A stretch of 64,000 bases of DNA from Octopus vulgaris (lineage: Eukaryota), in assembly GCA_951406725.2 (NCBI GenBank), contig OX597817.1, forward strand, positions 70,928,001 to 70,992,000. The letters run 5' to 3'. The notes beneath the pieces were generated by a model. That model saw nothing but the letters and a program-made list of their open reading frames with translations, was not told the DNA's origin and did not search any database. Position numbers and translations under genes: made by a program. Position 1 is the stretch's first letter. Every line of letters starts with the position of its first letter. Positions 27,154 to 40,737 of this stretch are shown in pieces.

Positions 27154-27419
27154 TATGTTGACCCTAGTACTTTGAATCCTGTTACTTTAATGTTTGAAGT
27201 TATGTGTGGGGGTTCAGTCCCACTGCGTGGCATCTCGGACAAGTGTCTTCTACTATATCCCCAGGCCGACTAAAGCTTTGAGAGTGGATTTGGTAGACGG
27301 AAACTGAAAGAAACTTGGAGTAGATGAAAAAGGGACAACTGATGAAGGGAATGTTCTTCATCTTGCATGTCTCAGTTCTCTTTTTATTTTCGTTGTTCGT
27401 TGTTCGAAAAAAGTTCGTT
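27154..27419 (+). repeat. Left (donor) copy of a ~265-bp local inverted duplication (SINE A/PLE chimera)
   Basis: Reverse complement of 31062-31325 with only a few mismatches. Confidence 0.9.
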
Positions 27420-27563
27420 TCTATGTTTTGGTTTCTATGTTTTCGTTTCTCATTATGTTCAACGTTTTTTTTTATGTCGGTACCCATATATGCATGTATA
27501 TATACATATATATGTAGGTATGTAGATATATGTATGTTTATATGCATATATTTATATATCATT

Positions 27564-27657
<94 letters not shown>

Positions 27658-27824
27658 CCCTGGAGTTGATTCATTCGACTAAAATTCGAGCCAGTACCCC
27701 AACATGGCCGCAAATAAAACATATAAAGAAGAGATATGTGTGTGTTTGCGTGTGTGTGTGTGTGTATGGGTGTGTGTGTGTGAGTGTTTGTGCACGTGTC
27801 TGTGTGCATGTATGAATATATGTT

Positions 27825-27868
<44 letters not shown>

Positions 27869-28139
27869 CATATATATATTTTATATCAGTTAGCGACAGC
27901 AGGTATCATTTATTAAAGCTGGAATTACGCACAAACAAACATTTATTTCTTTCACACAGGAGATTGCCAGCGAAAGCCGTCAAGCATATCAATCAACCTG
28001 TTTCGCATTCTCCTCCCTTCTATTGCTTTCTCTCTTCCTCTCTGTCCCCCTCCCTCATTTCCTCTCTCCCTCTCCTCCCTCTCCTCCCTCTCTCTCTTTC
28101 GCTTTGTATATGTATGTGTGTGTTTATAATATATATCTT

Positions 28140-28382
28140 TTACTCTCTTTTACTTATTTATATTTGACTGCGGTCCTGCTAGAGCACCGCCTTTAGTCGA
28201 GCAAATCGACCTCAGGACTTATTCGTTGGAAGCTTAGTACTTATTTTATCGGTCACTTTTTCCGAACCGCTAAGTTACGGGAACGTAAACACACCAGCAT
28301 CTGTTGTCAAGCGATGTTGGGGGACAAACACAGACACACAAACATATTACACATACATACATACATATATACATACATATAT
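28140..28382 (-). mobile_element. SINE family A 3' half, ending at the RTE junction
   Basis: Colinear with full copies up to the internal (CATA)n tract. Confidence 0.85.
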
Positions 28383-30028
28383 AGCAGAGCTCACCAAGGC
28401 TGTTGACTCCCTAGCAAGAAATAAGGCTCCGGGAAAAGACGGCATCCCCTCAGAGATCATCAAAGCCGGCAAAAACACCATCCTGCTTCGGCACCTTCAT
28501 GAGCTTCTGTGTCAGTGCTGGGAAGAGGGTACAGTCCCTCAGGATATGCGGGATGCTAACATCATTACGCTTTACAAAAACAAAGGTGACCGTGGTGATT
28601 GTAACAATTACCGCGGTATATCTCTTCTAAGCACTGTTAGAAAGACCTTTGCCCGCGTTATCCTGGTCAGGCTACAACTACTTGCTTCTCGAATCTATCC
28701 GGAATCGCAGTGTAGCTTTAGAATAAGCAGATCAACTATCGATATGATATTCTCCATACGCCAACTTCAGGAGAAGTCCAGAGAGCAGAAAATGCCATTA
28801 CATATGGCCTTCATTGATCTAACAAAGGCTTTTGACTCGGTAAGCAGAACAGGCCTCTTCATCCTGCTCCAAAAATCGGATGTCCACCAAAGCTGCTGAG
28901 GATCATCAAGTCTTTCCATGATGACATGCAAGGCACCATACAGCACAACGGTTCAACATCAGCCGCCTTCCAAATAAAAAACGGGGTAAAGCAAGGTTGT
29001 GTCCTCGCTCCTACATTGTTTGGCATCTTCTTCTCGCTCTTACTTTCACATGCCTTTCAGACATCAGATGATGGAGTGTTTCTGCACAGTAGAAGTGACG
29101 GGAAACTGTTCAATCTCTCGCGCCTGCGTGCCAAAAATCAGAAAGGTCCTGATCAAGGAGATGTTATTTGCTGATGATGCCGCTCTGGTATCACACACAG
29201 AAGAAGCCCTCCAAAGGCTCATTAACTGTTTTGAGCAAGCATGTAACGACTTTGGCTTAGCTATCAGCCTTAAGAAGGCCAACATCATGGGTCAGGCTAC
29301 ATCGGACATCCCAAACATACATATTGGAGACCACAGATTACAAGAGGTGGAGAAGTTTACCTATCTGGGCTCTACCGTCACCTACAACCTATCCCTTGAC
29401 GCTGAGCTCAATATACGCATTGGCAAGGCAGCTGCTGCGATGGCCCAACTCTCCAAACGGGCTTGGGACAACAATAAGCTGACCAAGACCACGAAAATGA
29501 AGATCTACCAGGCATGTGTCCTCAGCACTCTACTGTATGGAAGTGAGACTTGGATGCTATACACACGCCAAGAGCGTCGCCTAAATATCTTTCACCTGCG
29601 CTGCCTCCGAAAAATCCTCCGCATCAAATGGCAGAATCATATCCCCAACAAAGATGTCCTCAGGCAAGCAGGAATACCAAGCATGTTTGCACTCCTCACA
29701 CAAAGACGTATGAGATGGCTTGGGCATGTTAGCCGTATGAAAGATGGTAGAATACCCAAGGACATACTCTACGGAGAGCTTGCTAGGGGTACTAGGTCTG
29801 TGGGTAGACCGATCTTACGTTACAAGGATGTTTGCAAAAGGGACATGAAGGCGTGCAACATCAATATTAGCGGTTGGGAGGCAGTTGCCGGCAACCGTGG
29901 AGAATGGCGACGTACCGTAAAAGAGGGAATACAAAGGAGTGACAGAGAGAGAGAGGAGAAATGGAAAGAAAAGAAGAGACGTCAACAAGAAACTATGGCA
30001 TTACAACCAGCCAGGAACAGTCTTCGCT
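28383..30028 (+). mobile_element. RTE-clade LINE, truncated, reverse transcriptase pseudogene
   Basis: KAPGKDGIP, DCNNYRGISLLS, PESQC.FR, FIDLTKAFDSV, GVKQGCVLAPTLF, LFADD, FTYLGS, RWLGHV.RM.DGRIPK..LYGEL; frameshifts near 28875 and 29137; no endonuclease domain and no 3' tail. Confidence 0.95.
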
Positions 30029-30979
30029 AATATATATAATGAAGGATGTATAACTATGCATACGGTGACACAAATATACGTAACTTCCCATGTATCTGTA
30101 GTCCTTCTCTTGAAGTATGAACCAATGTGTGTATATATCTTTTGGTTAGCTTATATATCACAATACTCATCTTAAAGTCCATCTATGTGTTTAACAGTTT
30201 AATTGTTTATTTATCACCCTGCCAATCAATCAATTAATCAATTAAGTAATCAATGAAATCAATCAAATGCATAATGAATCGATAAGTATTTCAGGCTATC
30301 CATACATCCTATTGTCTTTGCAACCAACCAAATAATTATCTATCAATTAGAGTAACAGACTATGTGTGTGGCATGTGTGTTCTGTGTGTGTGTGTGCGTG
30401 TGTGTGTGTGTGCATGTGTGTGCGTGTGTGTGTGTGTAGGGTCTACGTAGATGCTTGAATGTTAGAGCTTAATGCATGTGATGTGTAAATATGTGTGGCC
30501 TGTATGTGATTGTGTGTATGTTTGCGCGGACTTGAAGTATATGTGTGCTGCTTATAATGTGAAATAGTGTGTATCAGTGCATTTGTGAGTATGTATGTGG
30601 GATTGCGTATGTGTGTGAGTGTGTTAAGCAAGTTGTTTATGATTGTGTATATGTGATGTGATAAGACTATGTAGAGTTATGACTAAAATGTGTGTAGGTA
30701 TAAAGACTGTTGCTGTGTGTTTGTAACTGTCCAAGTAGAATTGAATGTGGGTACTTATGTGAAGTTTGTAATCATCTTTGTGTGTCAGTATGTGTGTATG
30801 ATATCTTCAGTGTGTGGTATCTTCAGATATAGATAAAATAGTGTATGTAGGTATGACAACGACGATGATGATAGTATCATGGTGGTGGTGGTGGTGTGTG
30901 TGTGTATGTGTATGTGTGTGTATGTGTGTATGAGTGTATGTGTGTGTATGTGTGTGTATGTGTGTGTGGTGTTATGGTG

Positions 30980-31700
30980 GGGTGCATTTTAAAAGGATGT
31001 ATTGTGGTGTGGTAGAGTATAAAAATGAACATGAGCGCACTTTTGATGCCTGAGAATTGGAACGAACTTTTTTCGAACAACGAACAACGAAAAAAAAAAG
31101 AGAACTGAGACATGCAAGATAAAGAACATTCCCTTCATCAGTTGTCCCTTTTTCATCTACTCCAAGTTTCTTTCAGTTTCCGTCTACCAAATCCACTCAC
31201 AAAGCTTTAGTCGGCCTGGGGATATAGTAGAAGACACTCGTCCGAGATGCCACGCAGTGGAACTGAACCCCCACACATAACTTCAAACATTAAAGTAACA
31301 GGATTCAAAGTACTAGGGTCAACATAGAATTGGAGGTGGAAGACGGAGTGTTGTTCTTTGTGATAACAAAAAGCGGAGGAGACATGGTGTGAAATAACAT
31401 ACCAGTTTGCGGTCTGTCTCTCTCCAAAGTATAAGAGACCGCATAACTGGGATATAAGACTGTAAAAGACATTCCAAAGAGATATGGTGAAACGCTCTTC
31501 TGGAGCGTTAGTAGGGTCCAAGAAAGACATTAATGATATGGATGTACGGACATCTGTTGCAACGGTTTCAAGGGCAGGTTGAGAATTGGAAAGGAAGGGG
31601 GTTAAAGTGCTTTGGGCTAAAAGGTCACCAAGGCTAGAGTTCCCTTTGAAAGACAAGAAGGAATGTTTATGGAATACGAGAAGATGGCATGATTTGAGGG
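30980..31700 (-). mobile_element. Penelope-like GIY-YIG endonuclease remnant, interrupted by an insertion
   Basis: Minus strand SFKGNSSLGDLL, C.RCPY, FT....NVFY......CGLLYFGE, and after the insert FIFILYHT..HP, resembling the PLE linker and GIY-YIG domain. Confidence 0.7.
31062..31325 (-). repeat. Inserted inverted copy of 27154-27419 flanked by AGAATTGGA direct repeats
   Basis: AGAATTGGA at 31053-31061 and 31326-31334. Confidence 0.88.
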
Positions 31701-31749
31701 AAGGGGTGGAAAATATGCTAATGAATTTTCATAATACTGAAAAATGAAC

Positions 31750-32010
31750 AGAGTTGTCTGTCTTGGCAACGATTAGATTCACTCCGAACTTAATCCTATA
31801 TGTAATTAATTTTAATTAATACACATCAAGTCGTATGCTACGCTGACTTGGAAGAAAATAGTACTGCTACACACTACAGACACATTATGTAAATACTTTC
31901 AGTACAAGCTATAAATGCAAAACCAAAAACAAAACACTTGACTTACGCAAAGCACGCAGAGCAGAGCTGCTCTCGGTTGCACAATGAATGCATACAGGAA
32001 AATAAGACTT
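31750..32010 (+). mobile_element. R4/Dong-type LINE 3' end, diverged
   Basis: KIVLL.T...L.K.L-like C-terminus; cagagctgctctcggt resembles the 3' UTR at 47920-47940. Confidence 0.5.
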
Positions 32011-32130
32011 GTTAGCGGTTAGGTTAAAATAGAAAAATAATAAATACATAAAAAAGTAATTCATGCATCAATGCGAGCGAAAGATGTCAACCAAACCCCG
32101 AATGAACCAATAGTTTTAGAGCTGAAGAGT

Positions 32131-32205
<75 letters not shown>

Positions 32206-32206
32206 G

Positions 32207-32249
<43 letters not shown>

Positions 32250-32571
32250 AACATTGTAAACTTACATGATACAGTATAAGTAGCAGATGGTAGACTTAGA
32301 ACCATTGATCCAATCGATGAAGAAGCACGAAAAAATCTCATAATCTCCACAAAGAATAGTCCATAGCACCGAACTGTTCCGTTTAAAGTTACCATTATTG
32401 CTACAATGCCTGTAAAGAAAGCAATGAAAGAAAGCAATGAAAGAATAAGTGAAGGGAGGAATTCTCTGTGCGTTTAATATTCTTACTTTCTTTCTGTAGT
32501 CTCTTATGCAATTAGCTGAATATGTGCGGCAAGACACGTAATGTCGTGCGTGCTAGTTGCAGTTGCATAAT

Positions 32572-32611
<40 letters not shown>

Positions 32612-32664
32612 TATATATACATATATATATACATACATATATATATATGTATGTATACATATGT

Positions 32665-32744
<80 letters not shown>

Positions 32745-32752
32745 ACATATGT

Positions 32753-32806
<54 letters not shown>

Positions 32807-32827
32807 GCTAGCCAACTTATTTCTATT

Positions 32828-32900
<73 letters not shown>

Positions 32901-32984
32901 TATATAAATACATATACATCTCTATATACATTTATATATACACTATATACACACACACACACACATATACATATACATATATAT

Positions 32985-33072
<88 letters not shown>

Positions 33073-33129
33073 ATGAACGTATCTATCTATCTATCTGTCT
33101 ATACACACACACACAAACACTCACACACA

Positions 33130-33719
33130 ATGCGGAAAACTTAACCTGTACGACAGCTTGGAAAACTTACTCTGATCGTTCTGATAAGAAAAAAACTCCT
33201 GAATTTGTTGGTGAGATCCAGGCCAGTGCTTGGAGGTGGTAGTGCTGCTCTGGGTCAAAAGGGTGGCTGCTGGAAAACCTTACGTCTGGCAACAAGACTC
33301 TGCACCATGCCACACAAGCAGGAGAACACAGTCATGGCTGTCAGACAATTTCTGCGACCACATCACCCCTAACATCTGGCCACCGAACTCCCCAGACAGA
33401 AACCATTGATTATTATATGTGGGGCGCAGTTGGGCGAGAGACCAACAAAACTCCTTGTCACAACAAAGATCAACTGAAGGTAAGGAATATGGCAGCATTC
33501 ACTAACTTTAGCAAAGAAACCGTCCAGAAGATTTGCAGGAAATTCCGAAGTCGTCTGGAGGCTGTGGTTGAAGCCAATGGTGATTTTATTGAATGAATTT
33601 ACTCTTTAGTATTTCAAGGTATCTTTATGTAATTTTGGTAAAGATATCTATTAAAATGAGATGTCAGTGTTATTTTCATTCTTGCGTAACTTAGACGACA
33701 ATATATTCACCGCACCCTG
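33130..33719 (+). mobile_element. maT (DD37D) Tc1/mariner transposon, 3' part
   Basis: YVWQQDSAPCHTS...WPPNSPDxN..DYYMWG (37 residues between the D's after correcting one frameshift), RLEAVVEANGDFIE*, and right TIR ending caccctg|TA. Confidence 0.85.
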
Positions 33720-33747
33720 TATATATATATATATCTATATATATATA

Positions 33748-33833
<86 letters not shown>

Positions 33834-33889
33834 AGAGAGGGGGTGGAGATATACAGACGGGTACCTTTGCTAGTAAATATATATAATTA

Positions 33890-34680
33890 TCAGGTTGAGT
33901 AAAAAGTAAGTAACGTTTGGAACCAAAAAGAATTCGTACCGGATGTTTGCAGTTTTGAATTTTTAAAAAACATCTTGTTTTGCAATTGTCTGATCATACA
34001 GACATAGGCTTGCCCAAATGCATCAATAAATTAACATTGATATTTTTTCGCCAATGGAACTGTCAAAGCGCGATATTCGAGCAATTTTGCTATTCAACTT
34101 CAAAAAATGACGTAAAGCAGCTGAAACTGCTCGCGATATCACCGAAATGATTGGTGACAAAATGACTAGTGAGTGGTCAACTCGAAAATGGTTTAAACGA
34201 TTTCGCAGTGGAGACCTGAGCCTTGAAGATCGTGAACGTAGTGGACGCCTATCTGTCATCGATGACGGTCAAATAAAGACCGTCATTGAGAAACACCACG
34301 TAAAACTACTCGAGAACTGGTAAAAGAACTTCAGGTTAGCCTGCAGCCATTTGCATGCGATCGGAAAATCAAAATAGCTCGACAACTGGGTACCATACGA
34401 TTTGAATGAAAATCAGGAAATGCTCAGATATGAAATTTGTTCATCGTTTCTTCTCCGTAACCAGATCGATCCGTTTCTCGACAGTATTGTAAGTTGCGAT
34501 GAAAAGTGAATTCTATACAATAATAAAAAAAAACGTTCTTCGCAGTCGTTAGACCAAAATGAAACACGGAAAATCTTTCCTAAACCCGAGTTCTTCAAAT
34601 AGAAGGTTATGGTGACTGTTTGGTGGTGTACTGCTGCACTCACCCTCTATAAATTCTTAAAACCCGGAAAATCTATTATT
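33890..34680 (+). mobile_element. Mariner transposon 5' part (same family as 12924-14169)
   Basis: TA|tcaggttgagtaaaaagtaag TIR; ATG at 34054 [18 protein letters not shown]; WVPYDL; CDEK*; truncated. Confidence 0.9.
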
Positions 34681-34995
34681 TACATTATTTACATTTGACG
34701 GATATTTGTCCTCATCCCAAAGCATTAGATTAAACAATTCAGCAGCTCCATTGTCGCTCCAACAATGTGTCCCACTTGCAAAATTGAATAGGTCACATAT
34801 TTTAACATATCTAAATAGAAATATCTGCATAAAAAAGAAAAAAATCAAGAAAAGAAAGGATAAAGAGGGTTATGTCATCGGTGTGAAGCGGTGGTGACAA
34901 ACACAGACACACAAACACCGTCGTATATTCGATTGTATTGAGATCTGGTGACTGTGGAGAGCTGATCTAAGTAGTCTACTTCGCTTTTATGTTTT

Positions 34996-35071
<76 letters not shown>

Positions 35072-35089
35072 CCAACCACATGGTTCCGG

Positions 35090-35300
35090 GTTCAGTCCCA
35101 CTGCGTGGCATCGTGGGCAAGTGTCTTCTGCTATAGCCCCGGGCCGACCAATGCCTTGTGAGTGGATTTGGTAGACGGAAACTGAAAGAAGCCTGTCGTA
35201 TATATGTATATATATATGTGTGTGTGTGTGTGTGTATGTCTGTGTTTGTCCCCCTAGCATTGCTTGACAACCGATGCTGGTGTGTTTACGTCACCATGGC
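35090..35300 (+). mobile_element. SINE family A, partial
   Basis: ccacatggttccgggttcagtcccactgcg...gaaagaagcctgtcg. Confidence 0.85.
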
Positions 35301-35614
35301 TTTAAATGTGTAAAAAAAAAATATGGAAAAATTACATAAAACTTGCTTCTGAAATCAGCGAAATCGGATCTAAGTCAGTTACATACTACGAAAGAAAAAG
35401 AAAAAAAAAAACTTATTTTAACCGTAAAACTCGAAAATGTATGTACTAAAAACCTTTTTCCATACAAAAACTCCTTCTCACATTTTATAAACTCTGTACG
35501 TCAAACTCACGTAAAGAATACGTGAACCAGCATAATTTCAGTTGAAATATGTTACGAAAACGTATCCTTATATCTGTGAAAACGTACCCTTATATTTTTA
35601 TTTTTCATACAAGC

Positions 35615-35965
35615 GTCTGAACCACATGCTTCCGGGTTCAGTCCCACTGCATCGCACCTTGGGCAAGTGTCTTCTACTCTAGCCTTCGACTGACCAATGG
35701 ATTTGGTGGACGGAAACTGAAAGGAGCCCGTTGTATGTATGTGTGCGTATGTGTGTGTATGTGTGCGTGTGTGTGTGTCTTTGTGAGTGTGTCTTTGTGT
35801 CTGTGTTTGTCCCCTATCACCATCTGACAATTGGTTTTAGTGTGTTTACGTTCCCGTAGCTTAGTGATTAGGAAAAAATTGTGTTGGAGTCGTTTTGCTC
35901 GGCTAAAATTCTTCAAGTCGGTGCTCCAGTATGGCCGTCGTTAAAATAACTGAAACAAGTCAAAA
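35615..35965 (+). mobile_element. SINE family A, diverged
   Basis: B box, internal microsatellite and ctgaaacaagt tail. Confidence 0.8.
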
Positions 35966-36421
35966 TTTTAAAAAATATAAATGCACTGATCAAATTTATT
36001 CTTCACTTAGGCTAAAAAGTTAAACTTATCTAAATTACACAATAAAAAGGAAAGAAAATTTTGACGCAATTCCAAATTTATTCTCGGTATCCTTCCTATA
36101 TATATATCTGCGCGTGTGTATATGTGTGTGTGCGCATGCGCCCTTGAATGCGCTGAGTGTGTGTGTGTGTGTCCATCCATCCATCCTACCAACCATCTAT
36201 CCATCCAAGTATCCCTCTCCCTCTCCAGCTTATGTATCCCTACGTGTATATATATATATATGTATATTTATACAGATCTGTTTATTGTGTTCAATTTCGG
36301 ATTTAGTCTTTTACATAACAGTAATTGCTTGATGACATTAAGCAGAAGTCATAACAGTATCCTGTACAAGTTAGGGTTCCACTAATTGTGATATTGCTCG
36401 TGACTGTAATAAGTAGCTGCC

Positions 36422-36456
<35 letters not shown>

Positions 36457-37101
36457 CCAAACACAAACATACACACACACACATACATATACATACGCAA
36501 ACACATCCAAACACACACACATACACATGCATGCACGCACACACATACACAAATACGCAGATGCACACATACATGTACTCTTGTAGACTGGATAAATATT
36601 AGATACGCAATTTTACATGTGTTTGCTTATGGGTTGTGTGTGTGTGTTTGTGTGTTTGTGTGTGTGCGTATGTGTTTGCGTAAGCGTTGTGTGTGTGTGT
36701 GTGTGTGTGTGAGTGCGTACGCATTTCTCATGTTATTTGTTAATTATCTTCTATTTTTTGTTTATTATCCTTCTGAGAACAACGGCACTTTGGAAAGTGT
36801 TTTGAGAAGACCGAGGGAGGGGTGGGAGGGATATAAACGGTGTCAGCTAGGTCGGTCACTGAACTAGAAGCGCCGAGAATAAGAACAACCCAGATATATC
36901 ATACAGGGATATATACATACACACACACACAACACATACACACACACACGCACACATAAATACACACTTTTTGTACACACACACACACATGCACATACAT
37001 ACATATATATATTTATACACACACTCACACACACATATATATCCATATACAGATGCACACATCTATAAATAAAACATTTGTGTATATTTGTTTTTACAGA
37101 T

Positions 37102-37447
37102 ACTCTTTACTCTTTACTCTTTTACTTGTTTCAGTCATGTGACTGTGGCCATGCTGGAGCACCGTCTTTAGTCGAGCAAATCGACCCCAGGACTTATTCT
37201 TTTGAAGCCTAGTACTTATTCTATCGGTCTCTTGCCGAACCGCTAAGTTACGGGGACGTAAACACGCCAGCATCGGTTGTCAAACGATGTTGGGGGACAA
37301 ACACAGACACAAACATATACACACACATACATACATACACACACACGCACACACACACACACACACACACATGCATATATATATATACATACATATATAC
37401 GACGGGCTTCTTCTCGGTTTCCGTCTACAAAATCCACTCACAAGGCT
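37102..37447 (-). mobile_element. SINE family A, 5'-truncated
   Basis: Colinear with other copies. Confidence 0.85.
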
Positions 37448-37713
37448 ATATGCATATATATATATATATCATCTAATTATAAGTATATATATTGAATATA
37501 TAAGTAGTGTATATAACTGTGTGTATGTAGAAGTTGTGCTTCCACTTGTGTGTGTTTCTTGTAAACATATATTTCTACACTTATAAACACTTATATTCAG
37601 TCATAAACATGTGTGCGTGTATGTATTTGTGTGTGTATGGTGTGTATATGTGTACATGTATAGATATACCAGTAAGCTTTTCATTGCATGTGGGAAATGT
37701 GCACGCACATGCT

Positions 37714-37760
<47 letters not shown>

Positions 37761-38025
37761 GTGCGTGCGTGTGTGTGTGTATTAGTTATATATGTGTGCG
37801 TTTGCTTTTTCTGAGGAAAGGGGATTTGAATAACAGAAACTCTTATCAACAACAACAATAATTACCCACATCAACAAAATGTTTCCATGTAGTAATACTA
37901 CCACTACTGCCATCGCAACTAGTAAAAGAAAGAAAACCCACCACCACCACAACCGTCACCACCTGTACAACAATCGCTACTACAATAACAACTATACGTC
38001 CATAACTACCACATTTAATTTATTT

Positions 38026-38192
<167 letters not shown>

Positions 38193-38526
38193 GTTATTCT
38201 TTCACCTGGGTTAGCAAACCGCGAGCAGCTGGTCCAAGACAGTAGCCACGAAAACTCCAATGAAAGACATACTATGCTCTCGAGTTGAAGTCGACGTCCA
38301 CAAGTGATGTTGGCGTAGAGCAATGAGAATAAAAAGAATTTTTTAAAAAATACTCCTATGTATGAGACACCAACAGCTGAATCAACAGCATCAACTGATA
38401 TTAACAACTACAATACGAAATGCAAGAACATTGACAGCAAAAAATAACAACAACAACAACAACCACAACAGTAACATCAACGATTGTTGTCTACGGCAAA
38501 GAGTGACGGAGGGTGCTCTCTACACA

Positions 38527-38597
<71 letters not shown>

Positions 38598-38655
38598 GCT
38601 ACATACACATGCACACATATGTACACACATACGCAGACACACACACACACAGATC

Positions 38656-38713
<58 letters not shown>

Positions 38714-38897
38714 GATAGAGAGACAGAGAGAGAGACAGAGACACAGACAGACAGACTGACAAAGGACGAAAGAAAGAAAGTCAAAACTAAAGAGAGACAT
38801 GGAAAATGATTAAAAGGAAAGGGAAACCAGACATGAATACCTCTCTTCAATCAAAGGTTCCAGATTCTATGTAGTTTCGGTGTATTTAAGTCTGGTG

Positions 38898-38947
<50 letters not shown>

Positions 38948-38952
<5 letters not shown>

Positions 38953-39135
38953 TCGCCATGATAGGTCGTTAGCCACTACACAAACACTTTTTTCTCTCCT
39001 TGTTTTTTCTGTGTCCCTTTCTGTAGAAGAGCGTAGGCTCGAAACGTAAAAGATTTTTTCTATTCCTCAGCGTTATACTAATACATCTGTTTGTTTTGTA
39101 CACCACCTGTCTTCCTCTTTTGTTTTTTTCGTAAA

Positions 39136-39210
<75 letters not shown>

Positions 39211-39653
39211 AACACACACATATGCATGTATGGGTACAGGACGTCACCAACAGTGAACAACAGGAAATACGAAAACAAATGAGTCCAATACGCAAACAAC
39301 GAGAGAAACAAATGAAAAACAGGACAAGTAACACAAAGAACGACCCTTCATGAATTGTCGGCTGGCAATCTACTCCGCATTTCGAGGCTTCAAAGACAGT
39401 TGCTCCCATAAGTACCAAAATAAAATTTGAGATTTATGAAGGGTCAAAGTTGGTAACAAAACAGATATATGGTATTCGCCATAATAGATCGCTAGCCACT
39501 ACACATTATCTATTTTCTCTCCTTGTCGGCTCGAAACGTTAAAGACTTTTTCACTTCCCGAGCTTTATACTAATACACCTGTTTGCTGTCTACACCACCT
39601 GTCTTCGTCTTTTTTTTTGCGAATTCCCCCTATATATATATATATAAATATAT

Positions 39654-39710
<57 letters not shown>

Positions 39711-39911
39711 TTATTTATTTTATAGAGGGAGCTTCTACAGGACTAGAACTGTTTCATTCAAATGAAATCATCAGACAAGGCTTCCTGATGATTTCATTTG
39801 AATGAAACAGTTCTAGTCCTGTAGAAGCTCCCTCTATAAAATAAATTAATTTACTCTGCTATGTATTGAGTACCTTATTTACTGTGGTTAACCCCGACTC
39901 AACCCGGAACC

Positions 39912-39970
<59 letters not shown>

Positions 39971-40470
39971 AAATACGAAATGGGACAAAAACGCAAAACA
40001 TCCGGACAACTAGGTGATACAAAAAGGGACAACAAAACATCCAGATAAACGATACAAAAAAAAACACCGACGGGTCATTCGAAGCCTTTTATTTTCAGTC
40101 ATGAACGGATCATCCTCGCAATTTCGGTTGATTAATCTTGAGATAACTCCAATCTGGCCGGCCCCAAGGAAAAACTAACCTAAGAGCATTAGATTCCTTG
40201 GAAAAAAGCATCGAATGTATACGAAACAAGGACGGGAAAATATACGAAGTTACACGAATATAAATACAAAAATAAAATAAAAAACAAAAAAACAACAATA
40301 ATAATAATAACAACAGGACATAACAACAGGCGTTTTTCGACTGGGGACGAATTGAATTCAGCTGGCGTGTGTGGAAATGAAGTCTTACGGCAGAGGGAAG
40401 AGTATCGATGTGGTAGGGACCGTGGTCAGACGCAAAAAGGGCTAGCAGTCGGCCAACGGTCATGTGAGAA
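38948..40470. mobile_element. Cluster of Penelope-like terminal and GIY-YIG fragments separated by (TA)n
   Basis: Two related units (38948-39145, 39470-39630), a unit related to 27320-27490 (39230-39465), the hammerhead palindrome (39713-39915) and the 790-1140 family (39970-40340). Confidence 0.6.
39779..39829 (+). ncRNA. Type I hammerhead ribozyme motif
   Basis: GGCUUC-CUGAUGA-UUUCAUUUGAAU-GAA-ACAG UUCUAGUC CUGU-A-GAAGCU. Confidence 0.7.
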
Positions 40471-40699
40471 GAGAAGAGAGAGAGAGAGAAAAGAGGAACA
40501 AAAGAATTAAGGAGGAGGAGACGAGAGCGAGAGAGAGAGCGAGAGAGAGAGAGCAAGAGTGAGTGTGTAGAAGTAGATAGACGGAAGAATCAAGGAATTG
40601 CGAGAAAAAAGAGAGAGACAGGGACATAGTGAAGTGTAAAGTGAGTAAGAAAGGCACAGAAATGTGAGAGAGAGGAGGAGAGAGAGTGTTGAAAAAGTC

Positions 40700-40737
<38 letters not shown>

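Noticed and set aside
27310-27355. Possible type II hammerhead (gaaac...gta...ctgatga aggg)
   Set aside because: Stem I cannot pair next to the core, and the related copy at 39340-39390 lacks the CUGAUGA core.
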